Shown here: piece after piece, positions 33,914 to 34,723 of the stretch
Numbering within the stretch: the stretch's first letter is position 1
How the letters are laid out: the number at the start of each line of letters is the position of its first letter
NCBI GenBank assembly: GCA_964201585.1
Contig: CAXNDX010000001.1
Location: 1 to 34,723 of the forward strand
Direction of reading: 5' to 3'
Source: Candidatus Woesearchaeota archaeon
GTDB lineage: Archaea; Nanobdellota; Nanobdellia; Woesearchaeales; GW2011-AR9
Length of the DNA stretch: 34,723 nt
Notes under the pieces: model-generated
What the model saw: only the letters and a program-made list of their open reading frames with translations
What the model was told of the DNA's origin: nothing
Database searches by the model: none
Position numbers and translations under genes: made by a program

Positions 33914-33970
33914 TTTTTCAATACTTCATTTTCTTCAATACTTTAATTTCTTCAATACTTTAATTTCTTA
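33914..33970. repeat. Tandem 17-nt direct repeats (about 3.4 copies)
   Basis: tttttcaatacttcatt / ttcttcaatactttaat / ttcttcaatactttaat / ttctta. Ends about 32 nt upstream of the sigma-70-like TATA box. Confidence 0.85.
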
Positions 33971-34001
33971 TTTGAAATATAACCTCTCAAGACCAGGAAT
34001 A

Positions 34002-34009
34002 TTTATAAA
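34002..34009 (+). promoter_or_regulatory. TATA box TTTATAAA of the sigma-70-like gene
   Basis: Centred 26.5 nt upstream of the ATG at 34032, with no SD, so a leaderless layout. Confidence 0.5.
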
Positions 34010-34031
34010 TCACTTTCTTTGCCAAAAAAAA

Positions 34032-34723
34032 ATGATTATCACAAATTATATCTCTGAAATCAGTCGCTATCCTAATCTCACAAGAGAAGAAGAATACTAT
34101 CTCGCACAAAAAGCAAAATTAGGAGACAAAGAAAGTAAACATACTCTCATAAAATCAAATCTTCGTTTTGTTGTCTATCTTGCTAAAAAATATCATCATC
34201 CTAAATACAACAATTTAATTGACCTCATTCAAGAAGGCAACATTGGTCTGATCAATTCCATAGATAGATACATACCCCAGTCTGGCAACAGATTAATAAC
34301 CTATGCCGCATACCACATTAAAGAACACATCATTACTTACTTGAAAGATAATCGATTTCCCATCGAGACGACAACAGAAGAAAAACGTCTCATTCCTAAA
34401 TTAAATCAATTCAGACAACAATACACCCAAGAAAAAGGAACTATTCCCTCTCTTGAAGAAATTACTTCCTGGCTCAATCAATATGCCCAAAAAAGATATG
34501 ACTCAACCGATGCCCTTTCTTTACTAGAACTCAGCCAGCAATCTCTAATCTATTTAGACACTCCTCTTAACGATAAGAAAACAGAAAGCTGGCACGATCG
34601 CATTCCCCATTCTACCCTCACAAGTTTAGATCATCTCGAACAACACAACTATCAATCAATAATTGAAAAAACAATTGACGCTCTAGAGATAGAAGATAAC
34701 ATAAAATATATCCTCCTCGCTCA
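34032..34723 (+). CDS. Sigma-70-family protein (regions 1.2, 2, 3 and the start of 4); 3' end lies outside the window
   Basis: Absent from the track because it runs off the window without a stop. YISEISRYPNLTREEE (region 1.2). LIKSNLRFVVYLAKKY...LIDLIQEGNIGLINSIDRY...ITYAAYHIKEHI (region 2). GTIPSLEEITSWL and IYLDTPLND (region 3). Confidence 0.85.
   Translation, partial: MIITNYISEISRYPNLTREEEYYLAQKAKLGDKESKHTLIKSNLRFVVYLAKKYHHPKYNNLIDLIQEGNIGLINSIDRYIPQSGNRLITYAAYHIKEHIITYLKDNRFPIETTTEEKRLIPKLNQFRQQYTQEKGTIPSLEEITSWLNQYAQKRYDSTDALSLLELSQQSLIYLDTPLNDKKTESWHDRIPHSTLTSLDHLEQHNYQSIIEKTIDALEIEDNIKYILLA

Noticed and set aside
33914-33970. CRISPR array
   Set aside because: The repeats are directly adjacent 17-mers with no spacers, and no cas genes are present.

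Overview
AT-rich (about one-third G+C by eye), gene-dense window that reads as an archaeal chromosome segment, probably from a small-genome DPANN-type archaeon (inference). The archaeal core is an rpl1-rplP0-rpl12 operon, deoxyhypusine synthase, and TrmB and Lrp/AsnC regulators. Palindromic TTTATAAA boxes sit about 26-28 nt upstream of many ATGs (leaderless mRNAs), and GGAGG Shine-Dalgarno sites occur inside operons. Accessory content includes four toxin-antitoxin loci (HEPN-MNT, two VapBC, one RelE-like) plus a truncated vapB paralog, and a two-gene surface-protein operon. There is also a set of bacterial-type genes: L,D-transpeptidase, MepA-like murein endopeptidase, RelA/SpoT-type HD hydrolase, an RsbW-like anti-sigma kinase fold, a divergent sigma-54-like protein and a sigma-70-family protein. 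The best candidates for something new are: (1) the sigma/anti-sigma-like genes, which carry archaeal promoters; (2) an ATP-grasp + GCS2 ligase + C39-like thiol peptidase + MFS cassette divergent from a tandem Lrp regulator, with an in-frame TGA splitting the MFS gene; (3) a GC-rich, highly structured ~250-nt element placed exactly at the predicted transcription start of a duplicated vapB promoter; (4) a family of intergenic hairpins with an invariant loop and compensatory stem changes; (5) a CYTH-centred four-gene operon sharing a bidirectional TATA box with a Pycsar/SLATT-like 3-TM protein. The + strand shows C>G skew in every region I sampled regardless of gene orientation, and this is visible in protein composition. 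No rRNA, tRNA, CRISPR array or transposase gene was recognised. All family assignments come from reading motifs by eye; no searches were run.
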